Translations under genes and position numbers: made by a program | Shown: one piece after another, positions 20,318-28,794 of the stretch | Position numbering within the stretch: the stretch's first letter is position 1 | How the letters are laid out: each line of letters begins with the position of its first letter | Notes under the pieces: model-generated | What the model saw: only the letters and a program-made list of their open reading frames with translations | Told to the model about the DNA's origin: nothing | Databases searched by the model: none | NCBI GenBank assembly: GCA_037137755.1 | Contig: JBAXJR010000005.1 | Location: 1 to 64,000 of the forward strand | Reading direction: 5' to 3' | Origin: Methanomicrobiales archaeon | GTDB taxonomy: Archaea > Halobacteriota > Methanomicrobia > Methanomicrobiales > Methanospirillaceae | DNA: 64,000 bases

Positions 20318-20530
20318 ATGACTGACAATTTAAAAGTAGAAGCCTACAAGGCCATAGATAACGCCAATGTTGCTGCACATGCAGCATATGATGATGCAAA
20401 GGTCGCTACGCATAACGTACTCAAAGATGCAGAAAGTGCATCGGATGATGCAAAAATCGGCGTTCATAAGGTAGTTTCTGATGCAAAAATCGCGGCCCAT
20501 GAAGCCGGATCAGAATTGAAGAAGAAATAA
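20318..20530 (+). CDS. Small LEA-like protein with 11-mer repeats
   Basis: AAGGAG SD; KVEAYKAIDNA-NVAAHAAYDDA-KVATHNVLKDA-(ESASDDA)-KIGVHKVVSDA-KIAAHEAGSEL. Confidence 0.8.
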   Translation: MTDNLKVEAYKAIDNANVAAHAAYDDAKVATHNVLKDAESASDDAKIGVHKVVSDAKIAAHEAGSELKKK

Positions 20531-20549
20531 CCAACGGAGGTGAAAGAAT

Positions 20550-20711
20550 ATGGATTTAATCTGGCTCGCGGTAGTATTCCTTATACTGGCACTCGTGTTC
20601 TACATTCTTGGTGCAAGAGGGATCGCCGGGTTCAGCATGGAAATAGCGAAGATCCTTGTAATTATCTTCATAATAATCGCGGTTATAACCTTCCTGTTTG
20701 GCCGCCTCTGA
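20550..20711 (+). CDS. DUF1328 / UPF0391 small membrane protein (missing from the ORF track)
   Basis: GGAGGTGA SD; [53 protein letters not shown], 53 aa. Confidence 0.9.
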   Translation: MDLIWLAVVFLILALVFYILGARGIAGFSMEIAKILVIIFIIIAVITFLFGRL

Positions 20712-20730
20712 ACCTTTTTAAAAAGGTTCA
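20709..20730. terminator. Perfect 22-bp palindrome between convergent genes
   Basis: TGAACCTTTTTAAAAAGGTTCA gives a T5 run on both strands. Confidence 0.5.
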
Positions 20731-20819
20731 CTTGTGCAACCTAAAAACAACAGATAAAAAACAAGAGGGTTTTTTCCCACGCTATTGGGGGAACTGGAAC
20801 TCCTTCCTGTTTTTTACTT

Positions 20820-21641
20820 TCACAGTAACCTTGCCCCTGACTGGTAGGTCATAGCCTTGGTGAATGACTTTATGTACCCGTTTGCTGTGGATTTTTCTTC
20901 ACTAGAGAGATCAGACGCCTTCGTCAGGCTGCTGCCACTTCCACCCTGCAGATGCAGTTTCATGTACGCCTGGACAAGTCCGTAAGCCGGAATAGTCCCG
21001 CTTGCGGTATTAACCCCGTGAGCATTCATGCTGTAAGCTAATGCGACCGGTATGTCCTGGGATGCCACGACCGTCCGGCTGGATGCCTGCGACGAGAGAG
21101 AGATTATGTTGCTGTCCACGTGGCTTCCCGCCTGCGCAATGTTACAGTATGCAGGAAGTGTGCTTATGCTGGACGCCCCGAACGGACAGAGGAACTGTCC
21201 TGCAGCTGATGTTGGCATGCCGACGGTATCGATAAGCAGGCTCTCATCAGAGACCATGTTTCCACCGTTGAGACCCTCAAAGGTTATCTGACGGTTTGAT
21301 TCAACATTACTCTGTGAGACGGCCTTGTTCCCGGTATCGAGAGCGAAGTCCTTCACATACACGGTGTGCCCGTTCATCGCATTGGTATTTTCGGAGTATA
21401 CCGTGGTCTGGACTACTTCCCCGTCGGATAACGGGGGGTTGTCCTGCATTGAGCCGCTGCTGGAAGTCCATGCAACGTCTGCTACGTTACTCGCGGACCC
21501 GATGACATCGATATAGGTCGTCGTTCTGATACCCTGGATTTCGGGTGTCTGGTTCACGCCATCTGCCGATACACTGATGCTGAGCGTTGTAAGCACCAGG
21601 ACGACAGACAGAATACAAAGTATTCTTTTTCCGATTTTCAT
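20820..21641 (-). CDS. Secreted beta-rich protein, major sheath protein (MspA/SH)-like
   Basis: AGGAGG SD, signal peptide, DGVNQTPEIQG start, NPPL..GE, LDTGNK, FLCPF..LPAYCNI, F.K.M.YQSG.R end, as recalled for the Methanospirillum sheath family. Confidence 0.65.
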   Translation of the reverse strand: MKIGKRILCILSVVLVLTTLSISVSADGVNQTPEIQGIRTTTYIDVIGSASNVADVAWTSSSGSMQDNPPLSDGEVVQTTVYSENTNAMNGHTVYVKDFALDTGNKAVSQSNVESNRQITFEGLNGGNMVSDESLLIDTVGMPTSAAGQFLCPFGASSISTLPAYCNIAQAGSHVDSNIISLSSQASSRTVVASQDIPVALAYSMNAHGVNTASGTIPAYGLVQAYMKLHLQGGSGSSLTKASDLSSEEKSTANGYIKSFTKAMTYQSGARLL

Positions 21642-22116
21642 TAACGCCTCCTGTTTTTTTGCTGATCAGCAAAGGTACGCTTTGAGATGGTGCATGAATA
21701 GGTTTCCATTAGTGACAGTATTTTCCCGCACGGAACGGCCCCGGATTACAATTTTTTTCAATCCGGTACACTGTTGTTCAAATAAAACAACACGGTAAGC
21801 GTGGATGGCTGGACGATATTCACGATAATTTCCCGGGTTCAGGGATAAACCCCACGTTTCGTCAAATTACTGTCTCCTGTGGTCGTTGTTCAACATCCGG
21901 GATCCCCCTATCGGACAGGTATAACCCGCACCATGGCAGACCTGCATCAGGGACGAAAAATATCGTGCAAAAAATGTAAATACTCTTACCAGCGAGCTTT
22001 TCGCTGGAGGCATCTCCGGTGCAGGCACGGACGTAAACGTGTTTTGGACCCGCCATTCCTCCATGGGGCACACCGGTGACGTGGTATCATCCTGACCTGT
22101 CCGGAAATCTCTTACC

Positions 22117-22401
22117 TCAGGTCCCGGCACAGGTCCGCCTGTTTGTTCCAGGACGGTTCAGGCAGTCAGGTTTCTTCTCTCCCCGTTTTGCACCGTCCGG
22201 GTCATCCTTGCGGTACCTGACCTGTCGTGCATCTTCAAAATTCCATTCTTCCGCGATAAGGCGGTTCTCCCGTAATTTCTGGATGGCATACCTGACCGTG
22301 CGGGGAGACAGCCCGGTCAGCGAGATAATCTCCTTGTTCGTGAAGGCCTTGCCTGCACTGAGCAGCGAGAGCACTATCCATGAGGAAGGTGGCAGTTTCA
22401 T
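22117..22401 (-). CDS. Small winged-helix transcriptional regulator
   Basis: LPPSS..VL..L, TGLSPRTVRYAIQKL helix-turn-helix, DARQ..Y wing. Confidence 0.85.
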   Translation of the reverse strand: MKLPPSSWIVLSLLSAGKAFTNKEIISLTGLSPRTVRYAIQKLRENRLIAEEWNFEDARQVRYRKDDPDGAKRGEKKPDCLNRPGTNRRTCAGT

Positions 22402-22666
22402 TCTTTCTTCTCCTCGGAATCCAGCCTCGTTACGGGACTTGCGGTATCCCGTAACCGTGGCGGTATTGTATGAATACTAAGAAGATCCCGGGTATAAAAA
22501 AATAAGAAGATATCAGGGGTTCATTCCTTGAACCCAGCGGTTATAGCCTGTTATATGCTCAACCATAAAGGATTTTAACACCTTTTACTTTCCTGTATTT
22601 CATGAAAAGGTACCGGGCGCATAGTCTGGTATCAACGTACACGGGCCGGCATGTAACCCGCATATC

Positions 22667-23917
22667 TTATACAGGAGTGGTCTGTTCATATTCAGGCCTT
22701 TCATGGACAGTAATTTCACCGTTAAGGGCGCTGATGACCTTAATCCGTTCGGTTGCCTGTGCAACCAGCTGGTCAAAATCAATCCTTTCTTCTGCAGCGA
22801 TTATTTCTGCAAGATTGGCCGCGGTAGATGGCATCGCGGGGACTGCCCTGCAGCAGAGGTCACCCGGCTTCTGGTTGAATGTCCCAATCCGGCGGGCGAT
22901 CGTGACGATCTCTCCTTTATCATAGGTCACGAGCGGCCTGATGACGGGAATATTCACCGCCTGCGAGATGACCGCAAGGTTGGACAATGTCTGCGAGGCG
23001 ACCTGGCCCAGGTTTTCCCCGGTAACAATCACCTCTGCATTCTCTCCGGGCATGAGTTTTGCAGCAACCCGGAACATGAACCTCTTACAGATGACACAGA
23101 TATACCGTTGCGGGACCCCTTTGGACATCGCGTCGTAGAGCGGGGACGAGTCCACGACGAGCATCCGGAGCGGGTATCCCTTCACCCAGAGCGAAAGGCG
23201 CCGGTGGTTTTCTACGGCCCCGGCAGCAGTCGCACAGCCTGCCCATCTTCCTGCATCCATGTTGAGGTGGACCATTCCGCACCCCCGTTTCATCATCATC
23301 CAGGACGCAACGGGAGAATCAATCCCTGCTGAAATCAGGCCCAGTGCATTTCCCTGCGTACCAAACGGGAGACCTCCCGGTGCGGGGATCCGGTGGTCGT
23401 AGACAAATCCCCCGTTTACGCGTGCTTCGATAAATACCTCGTATTCGGGGTGCGAAAGGTCAACCCGTGCCCCCGGCTGATCATCGAGCAGCACCCCGCC
23501 GATGACCCTCCCGAGCTCCTGGCTGTCAGGGCCACCCGACCCCTTCTCCCGTTTCGCCCTGACTGCAAACCTTATTCCCGCCTTTAAGTGTTTCTGTCCG
23601 AGTGTCCTGGCCACTCTGCCAAGTTCTTCCGGGGTATTATTGGTGATAGTTGCGACACTGACATCAACCACCCCGAATACCCTTGCGACCTCGGCCGCAA
23701 TCTTACGCGGATGGTCCCCGTAGATGAGTATTCTCCCCCGCGGGGTCTCATGCCGGAAGGACAGCCCGGCAGCGTCAAGTGACCGTTTAATGTTCCGTAT
23801 AAGGAGACCGATGAAATGTCGCTTGACCGGCTCACTTTTCAGAAAGAGTTCACCGTACCGGACCATTACCACCGTCTGTTCTTCCACTGATACCACAGTA
23901 TCCCGCCAGGGATTCAC
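22667..23917 (-). CDS. thiI: tRNA 4-thiouridine synthase (methanogen Fe-S type, no rhodanese domain)
   Basis: VRYGELFLKS, THUMP domain, GGLP.GTQG, PP-loop SAGIDS, CVICKR, GENLGQVASQT, C-terminal Cys. Confidence 0.93.
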   Translation of the reverse strand: MNPWRDTVVSVEEQTVVMVRYGELFLKSEPVKRHFIGLLIRNIKRSLDAAGLSFRHETPRGRILIYGDHPRKIAAEVARVFGVVDVSVATITNNTPEELGRVARTLGQKHLKAGIRFAVRAKREKGSGGPDSQELGRVIGGVLLDDQPGARVDLSHPEYEVFIEARVNGGFVYDHRIPAPGGLPFGTQGNALGLISAGIDSPVASWMMMKRGCGMVHLNMDAGRWAGCATAAGAVENHRRLSLWVKGYPLRMLVVDSSPLYDAMSKGVPQRYICVICKRFMFRVAAKLMPGENAEVIVTGENLGQVASQTLSNLAVISQAVNIPVIRPLVTYDKGEIVTIARRIGTFNQKPGDLCCRAVPAMPSTAANLAEIIAAEERIDFDQLVAQATERIKVISALNGEITVHERPEYEQTTPV

Positions 23918-24043
23918 CGTTCCCTGTCTTTGGGGATTGTATGTACCTTATCTGCCTTGTAAGTTTGTTCCGTGGGACAGGAAGTGGAAAGAAAATTTTT
24001 CAGGAGATGTTAACGTCCTGTGTATTTTAAAAGGAGAAGAAAT

Positions 24044-24211
24044 ACGTATGACAGGAGGGGATTTCACCCCCACTATTGCTCCACCCCCAAAAAAGATATT
24101 CTGTGGGCATGGGTCAACAGTCGGACTCCTGAAAATTTATGAGATTTAGACACCCTCCTGTATCCCAACCAGGGTCGCCAAATCGGCGGGGCGGAGCCCC
24201 GGGAGCGTGAT
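24044..24211 (+). repeat. Dispersed non-coding repeat, copy A
   Basis: Aligns with 31987-32119: TGACAGGA.GGG.TTTCACCCCC..CCACCCC..AAGATATT and CCAAC.AGGG..GAGCCC.GGG.GCGTGAT. Confidence 0.65.
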
Positions 24212-24426
24212 TACATTTTGGATTAATCATACATCGTTTAAGTAAATCCATGAGTCTTAATACAGAACCATTTCTGGTACCATATTATCCATAGGTTTGC
24301 ATCTGGCATCCCCATTCAGATCGACCCCTGGTTCCATCAGGATCATAAAAAATCCCGCCCGTTTCACCGGATTCTACCAGCTCTATACAGAAAATTCTTT
24401 AATTGGCGAGGATTAAATTGTACAGA

Positions 24427-25059
24427 ATGGCAAAAAAAGCAAAATCGGCGGCTGTACCGGAGCCGATGAAACTGTTCTATATATTCTATAACCAGGAACG
24501 CTGGGATAACTGGCTGAACCGCCTGAGAGAGTCTGATTTTGAGGTGGCTGAAGATGCCGAAGAGATGCCTGAAGGGTTCCGGGCGCTCTACAATTTTGGC
24601 CAGGATATCACGGTATCCGTCCTTAAAATCATAAAACTCTACCAGAATGGCCGCTTCCCAAAAGAAGAGACGCTTGAGAGGCTCGCCCAGGTGGAATCTG
24701 TCATCATGTCCGCGGCCCCCGAGGACCAGATTGAAGAGATCGTGGAATCACTGCAGCTCTCCATGCTCGCACTTTTCGCCTCCTGCCGGATGTTTATCGA
24801 GGGTGGGTACCCGACAGACATCAAGGTCCTCGTAAAGGAAGGCCGAAAAATGATCGACGAGGACATGGAGAAAGCCCTCGGGATTGCAGCAAATATCGGT
24901 GCCAACGTTATCAACGGGGCTGCCTGCTGCGGGAAGTATGTCAAGGACGATATAGAGCAGCCGACCCTGTTCGACGAATGGTTAATTGAGATCGAGACGA
25001 TGAACGAGGCGATGACCACCCTGAAGAACTTTGATGAGGATACCGGGGAAGAGAGTTGA
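24427..25059 (+). CDS. DUF2150 family protein
   Basis: FY.QERW.NW motif; acidic helical archaeal protein. Confidence 0.8.
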   Translation: MAKKAKSAAVPEPMKLFYIFYNQERWDNWLNRLRESDFEVAEDAEEMPEGFRALYNFGQDITVSVLKIIKLYQNGRFPKEETLERLAQVESVIMSAAPEDQIEEIVESLQLSMLALFASCRMFIEGGYPTDIKVLVKEGRKMIDEDMEKALGIAANIGANVINGAACCGKYVKDDIEQPTLFDEWLIEIETMNEAMTTLKNFDEDTGEES

Positions 25060-25508
25060 TTGCGGAAAAGGCACGGTTCAGAAGTGCAAAAAAGATCGAA
25101 CGCCTTGTGGGATACCGGCTGCCGATGTCTGCGTTTCATGGCACGACCCTTGAAGCGATCTCGGCCCGGTTAAACTTTGATTACCTTGACCCGTCTGTCA
25201 GGGACCAGCTCCTCTCATTTTTTGACGATTTTCTCAAGTGCGACTGTAAAGAGTCCCCGCTTTGTGACTGCCCTGCAAAAAAGTTTGCGACCCTTGTCAT
25301 TGAGCTCCGCGAAAGGGGCCTCGAGCACCGGCAGATAAGCAGTTATTTACTCGACGAATACGGGATTGATATGTATCCGACTGACCTCCTCTCTTTCCTT
25401 GAGGATTCGGTCCACGTTCTGGAAGCGGTCCGTGATATTGCGGGCCTCGATAAGCGGGTGGAACTTGAGAAGAAGGCTGACGAGCATATCGCCCTGATTG
25501 CCCGTTAA
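25056..25508 (+). CDS. DUF5814-like Cys-containing archaeal protein
   Basis: DFLKCDCKESPLCDC..KF, YGI..YP.D...FLE motifs; TTGA overlap with the upstream gene. Confidence 0.75.
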   Translation: MIAEKARFRSAKKIERLVGYRLPMSAFHGTTLEAISARLNFDYLDPSVRDQLLSFFDDFLKCDCKESPLCDCPAKKFATLVIELRERGLEHRQISSYLLDEYGIDMYPTDLLSFLEDSVHVLEAVRDIAGLDKRVELEKKADEHIALIAR

Positions 25509-25702
25509 CCCCTTTATTCCATCCCCTTCCCATTTTATTCATATTGTGTGCCGGCTCAAAGGCGGTCATTTCTATCGCCTTGTCCTTCCGGGGCAGGGTA
25601 CTACTGTACCTGGCAATCTGCCTGATTCGTCCTGCCACCGGTGCCTGAAACGATCAGCTCATCAGCCTTGCAGCAGATATGGAAGGAGGAGTACCGGGTG
25701 CC

Positions 25703-26044
25703 ATGGCACGTGAACTTGATGAGAGGGATATAGAGATCCTGCGTATCCTTGCGCCGGAATGCGAAGAGATGATCTGTTCAGGCTCGGGGGTTGAATTCCG
25801 CTCTATCCTGCCGCCTGTTGCCAACCACTATTCCAGGGATGAAGAGGATTTCAAACACCGCTTAATGAGGCTCACCGATGGTGACCTCTTATACCTGGTT
25901 GAAAAAATGAGGACTGGTGAGGAAAGTGTCGCGTGTGTACCACCGGAATATGCTGATATCCTGATCGGAGAGATCGTATCCCGTGTAGGAAAAGACGTCG
26001 CCGATGAAGTCCTCAACATCTATGAAACTGCTGATGAATGCTAG
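25703..26044 (+). CDS. Conserved-looking hypothetical protein
   Basis: AGGAGG upstream; acidic 113-aa ORF overlapping the next gene by 7 bp. Confidence 0.75.
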   Translation: MARELDERDIEILRILAPECEEMICSGSGVEFRSILPPVANHYSRDEEDFKHRLMRLTDGDLLYLVEKMRTGEESVACVPPEYADILIGEIVSRVGKDVADEVLNIYETADEC

Positions 26045-28593
26045 AAGTGAACGGAGATAAGGACGAAACCCTGTCCCCCGTGACGAACCGGATGAGGGAG
26101 GTCCTCGCACGGAATATTACTGCCCGGAACCACGGGCTTTCGCCCCTGCAGTTCAATGAAGCAGTTTCAACCCTCCTCTCTTCCCTCGTCGCCGCAAGGC
26201 TTCTTGAAGAGGCGGGTTGTATCCGTTATGGTTCGGTCGAAGAGGAGACCCTGAATAAAGGCCTTGCCAAAGGTTTGTCGTTCCTTTTTGAGAATAGTAC
26301 CCAGGGAGATGAAGGGGGTATCCCCCCCGGGCTGAATGGTACGGATACCGGGACCTGGCCGTTCGTTTCTGCCTGCACAACTATCTCAATTGACCCGGCA
26401 GTTACCAGCAGGCTGCTCTCGTTAACGCGGGAGAAAAAATTTTTCGATGAATGGGCTGATGCATGGTCTGATTCACACGAACGCTCCATGTTCGCCTTTC
26501 TTAACTATTCGGCACACCTTTCCCATGACGGGCGCATGGTCATTGGGGAACAGTACCCGTGCCATGCCGGTCCCGGTGTCCCCCTGATCCCTGCCGGGTT
26601 ACTACAAAAAATAGCGGGGGACCTGCTCCTCCCCAGGCTGGCAGGGAAGACCCCAAAAAACGCCGGGATAAAGGTTGTTGACCCGGCCTGCAGGACAGGC
26701 CGTATCCTCCTGGCAATGTACCAGGTCCTTGCCGGCTGGCACCTCTCGTGGTATACAAAACACCTGGTCCCGCTTCTTGCAGAAGGTCGTGACCCGGCTT
26801 CAAGAAAGGTGCAGGGACTGCTGCCGCCCGTGGTCTCCACCGCTAACCGTGCCGGATACCAGCGGTGTGGCACGCTCCCGCTTCCGGTGTACCAGCTGCC
26901 GGGTGGCCGCTGGGACCTTACCCGGGATGAAAAAGTCCGTATCATCGGGGAGTCCCTGTATGGTATTGACAGCGATCGGGCCTCAATTGAAGTCACCCGC
27001 TTGTCCCTCCTCTCGTATCTTCTGCATACGACGGGAGATGACGGTTCGGGTTCCACCAGTCCCGGGCTTTTACCGGGTATCGTATCACGAAACATCAGGT
27101 GTGGGAACATCCTGATCGGTAAGGACTACGAAGAGCAACCGTCATTGTCGCATGAACCCGGGGAAAAACATTCAGCCCCGGGTATTTTCATAGGGGATGA
27201 ATTTCCCGCAGTTGCATCCGGCGGCGGGTTCGGGGTGGTATGTTCCATGTTCCCATCCCTTCTCCCGTTCTCCGGAAAAAGTCTGCAGGACTATCTCTGC
27301 CGCCACTACCAGTCAGGGAAACCGGATGATGCTACCCCGTATTACCTCGAGTCCGGGCTCCTGCTGACCCGTCCCGGTGGGGTACTCTGCGGGGTTGTCA
27401 CCGGCGGCTGGCAACGGTCCCGCGGTGCGGCCCATTTTCGCGGGTGGCTTGCCGGCTACCAGGTTGAACGTGTCATCAGCCTTGGTAACCTCCAGTCCTT
27501 CGCCGGAATGAGTGACCCCGTGCTTATTACTATAACCAATCACCCCCCCGAACATCCCGTCAGCGTGACAGATGCGGTAGAACCTGGAATAGAGGGCCCG
27601 GGTAGTATATCGTTTCGTACCACCCGGTCAATTGACCCAACATCTCTCGGCAGCAGTCCCTGGATGTTCAAAGGGGTGCCGCCCGCTGAAGTGAGGAAGA
27701 AGATTGATTCAGCCGGCACACCACTGGCCCGCTATATCCTTGGGGAATATATGCTCGGGGAACAGGACAATACCCGGGGTTTTATCATCAGCAGGCAGGA
27801 ATATGACACTATCCTTCGAAAAGACCCTGTTATGGGGACGTTTATCCACCCGTATAGTACTCCCGGTGAGGTACGGCGATACAGCCCACCGGTGTATTCG
27901 TGGTATATTGTCCGGATACCGCCCGGGACTACCCGTGCACTGGCCGGCGATGTCCCCGATCTCCGCGAGTGGTTCCGTCACCATCACCATACCCTGTCAG
28001 TAACTCTCACGAAACATCGTCCGAAAACGGCGAAAACCCGCCCGGGTGATGGCTGCTGGTGGGAATGGCCGGGGCCCGCCACTCTGCTGTTCATGAAAGG
28101 ACCGTTACTCCTGACCCGGGCATCAGGGGTGTCAGGTGGCCCCGAATGGATGATCTCGTCCCGGGGCGTTTATCCCGGGACCGGCGTAATTGCCATCCGT
28201 TGCAATGATCCAGCGTTGCCCGGCATTCTGAATTCACACCTTGCAACATTCTATATCCTTTCGTCGGCCCGGAAAAAAGGGATGCCCGGATACCTCCTCC
28301 CGCACATCATGAAATTTCCCCTGCCGGTCCCTGATGCCGAGGATGCTTCAGATACCCGGCTCTTCAGAACTATCGCCCACCTCGTGGAGAAGCGGTGTGC
28401 GCTCAGCAAAGCAGGGGAAGCGGTCACATCAGGAGAGGAGGTCACCGCTACCAGTGAACGGGTACGGGGGTGTGATGAAGAGATTGACACCCTCGTGTAT
28501 GAGCTGTATGGCCTGTCAGACGGGGAGGCCGGGAGTATCGAAGAATGGTTGTCGCGTGAAGATGTGCCCGTAATTATACGGGAACCATCTTGA
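26038..28593 (+). CDS. Degenerate type IIG/Eco57I-like N6-adenine DNA methyltransferase with TaqI_C-like specificity region
   Basis: Motif I DPACRTG, LYGID...IEVTRLSL, NIRCGNILIG, GFGVVCSMFPS (NPPY absent), LTRPGG, GILNS, EEIDTLVYELYGLS. Confidence 0.75.
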   Translation: MLEVNGDKDETLSPVTNRMREVLARNITARNHGLSPLQFNEAVSTLLSSLVAARLLEEAGCIRYGSVEEETLNKGLAKGLSFLFENSTQGDEGGIPPGLNGTDTGTWPFVSACTTISIDPAVTSRLLSLTREKKFFDEWADAWSDSHERSMFAFLNYSAHLSHDGRMVIGEQYPCHAGPGVPLIPAGLLQKIAGDLLLPRLAGKTPKNAGIKVVDPACRTGRILLAMYQVLAGWHLSWYTKHLVPLLAEGRDPASRKVQGLLPPVVSTANRAGYQRCGTLPLPVYQLPGGRWDLTRDEKVRIIGESLYGIDSDRASIEVTRLSLLSYLLHTTGDDGSGSTSPGLLPGIVSRNIRCGNILIGKDYEEQPSLSHEPGEKHSAPGIFIGDEFPAVASGGGFGVVCSMFPSLLPFSGKSLQDYLCRHYQSGKPDDATPYYLESGLLLTRPGGVLCGVVTGGWQRSRGAAHFRGWLAGYQVERVISLGNLQSFAGMSDPVLITITNHPPEHPVSVTDAVEPGIEGPGSISFRTTRSIDPTSLGSSPWMFKGVPPAEVRKKIDSAGTPLARYILGEYMLGEQDNTRGFIISRQEYDTILRKDPVMGTFIHPYSTPGEVRRYSPPVYSWYIVRIPPGTTRALAGDVPDLREWFRHHHHTLSVTLTKHRPKTAKTRPGDGCWWEWPGPATLLFMKGPLLLTRASGVSGGPEWMISSRGVYPGTGVIAIRCNDPALPGILNSHLATFYILSSARKKGMPGYLLPHIMKFPLPVPDAEDASDTRLFRTIAHLVEKRCALSKAGEAVTSGEEVTATSERVRGCDEEIDTLVYELYGLSDGEAGSIEEWLSREDVPVIIREPS

Positions 28594-28794
28594 CGTACAA
28601 GGGTGCTGGGACCCTGGCTGAAATCTCCCTGGTTTCTTTGGTCCCCCCGGGAAACAGAACGTAGCAGAACTGTCAATTCAACAACTTTTTTAGCCGGGCA
28701 TTCCTTGTCATGTATGAGGGCCGTACCTGTTGAGTGAATACGTCAGAGGTACACGAACCTGGGAAGGATAGGTTATGAACCAGGATATTTCTCC

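Noticed and set aside
20540-20854. 104-aa ORF in the track
   Set aside because: Shadow frame; the real gene is the 53-aa DUF1328 at 20550-20711 with a strong SD
21800-22110. Short ORFs between the sheath-like gene and the HTH gene
   Set aside because: Several overlapping 66-87 aa ORFs on both strands, none with a motif or convincing start
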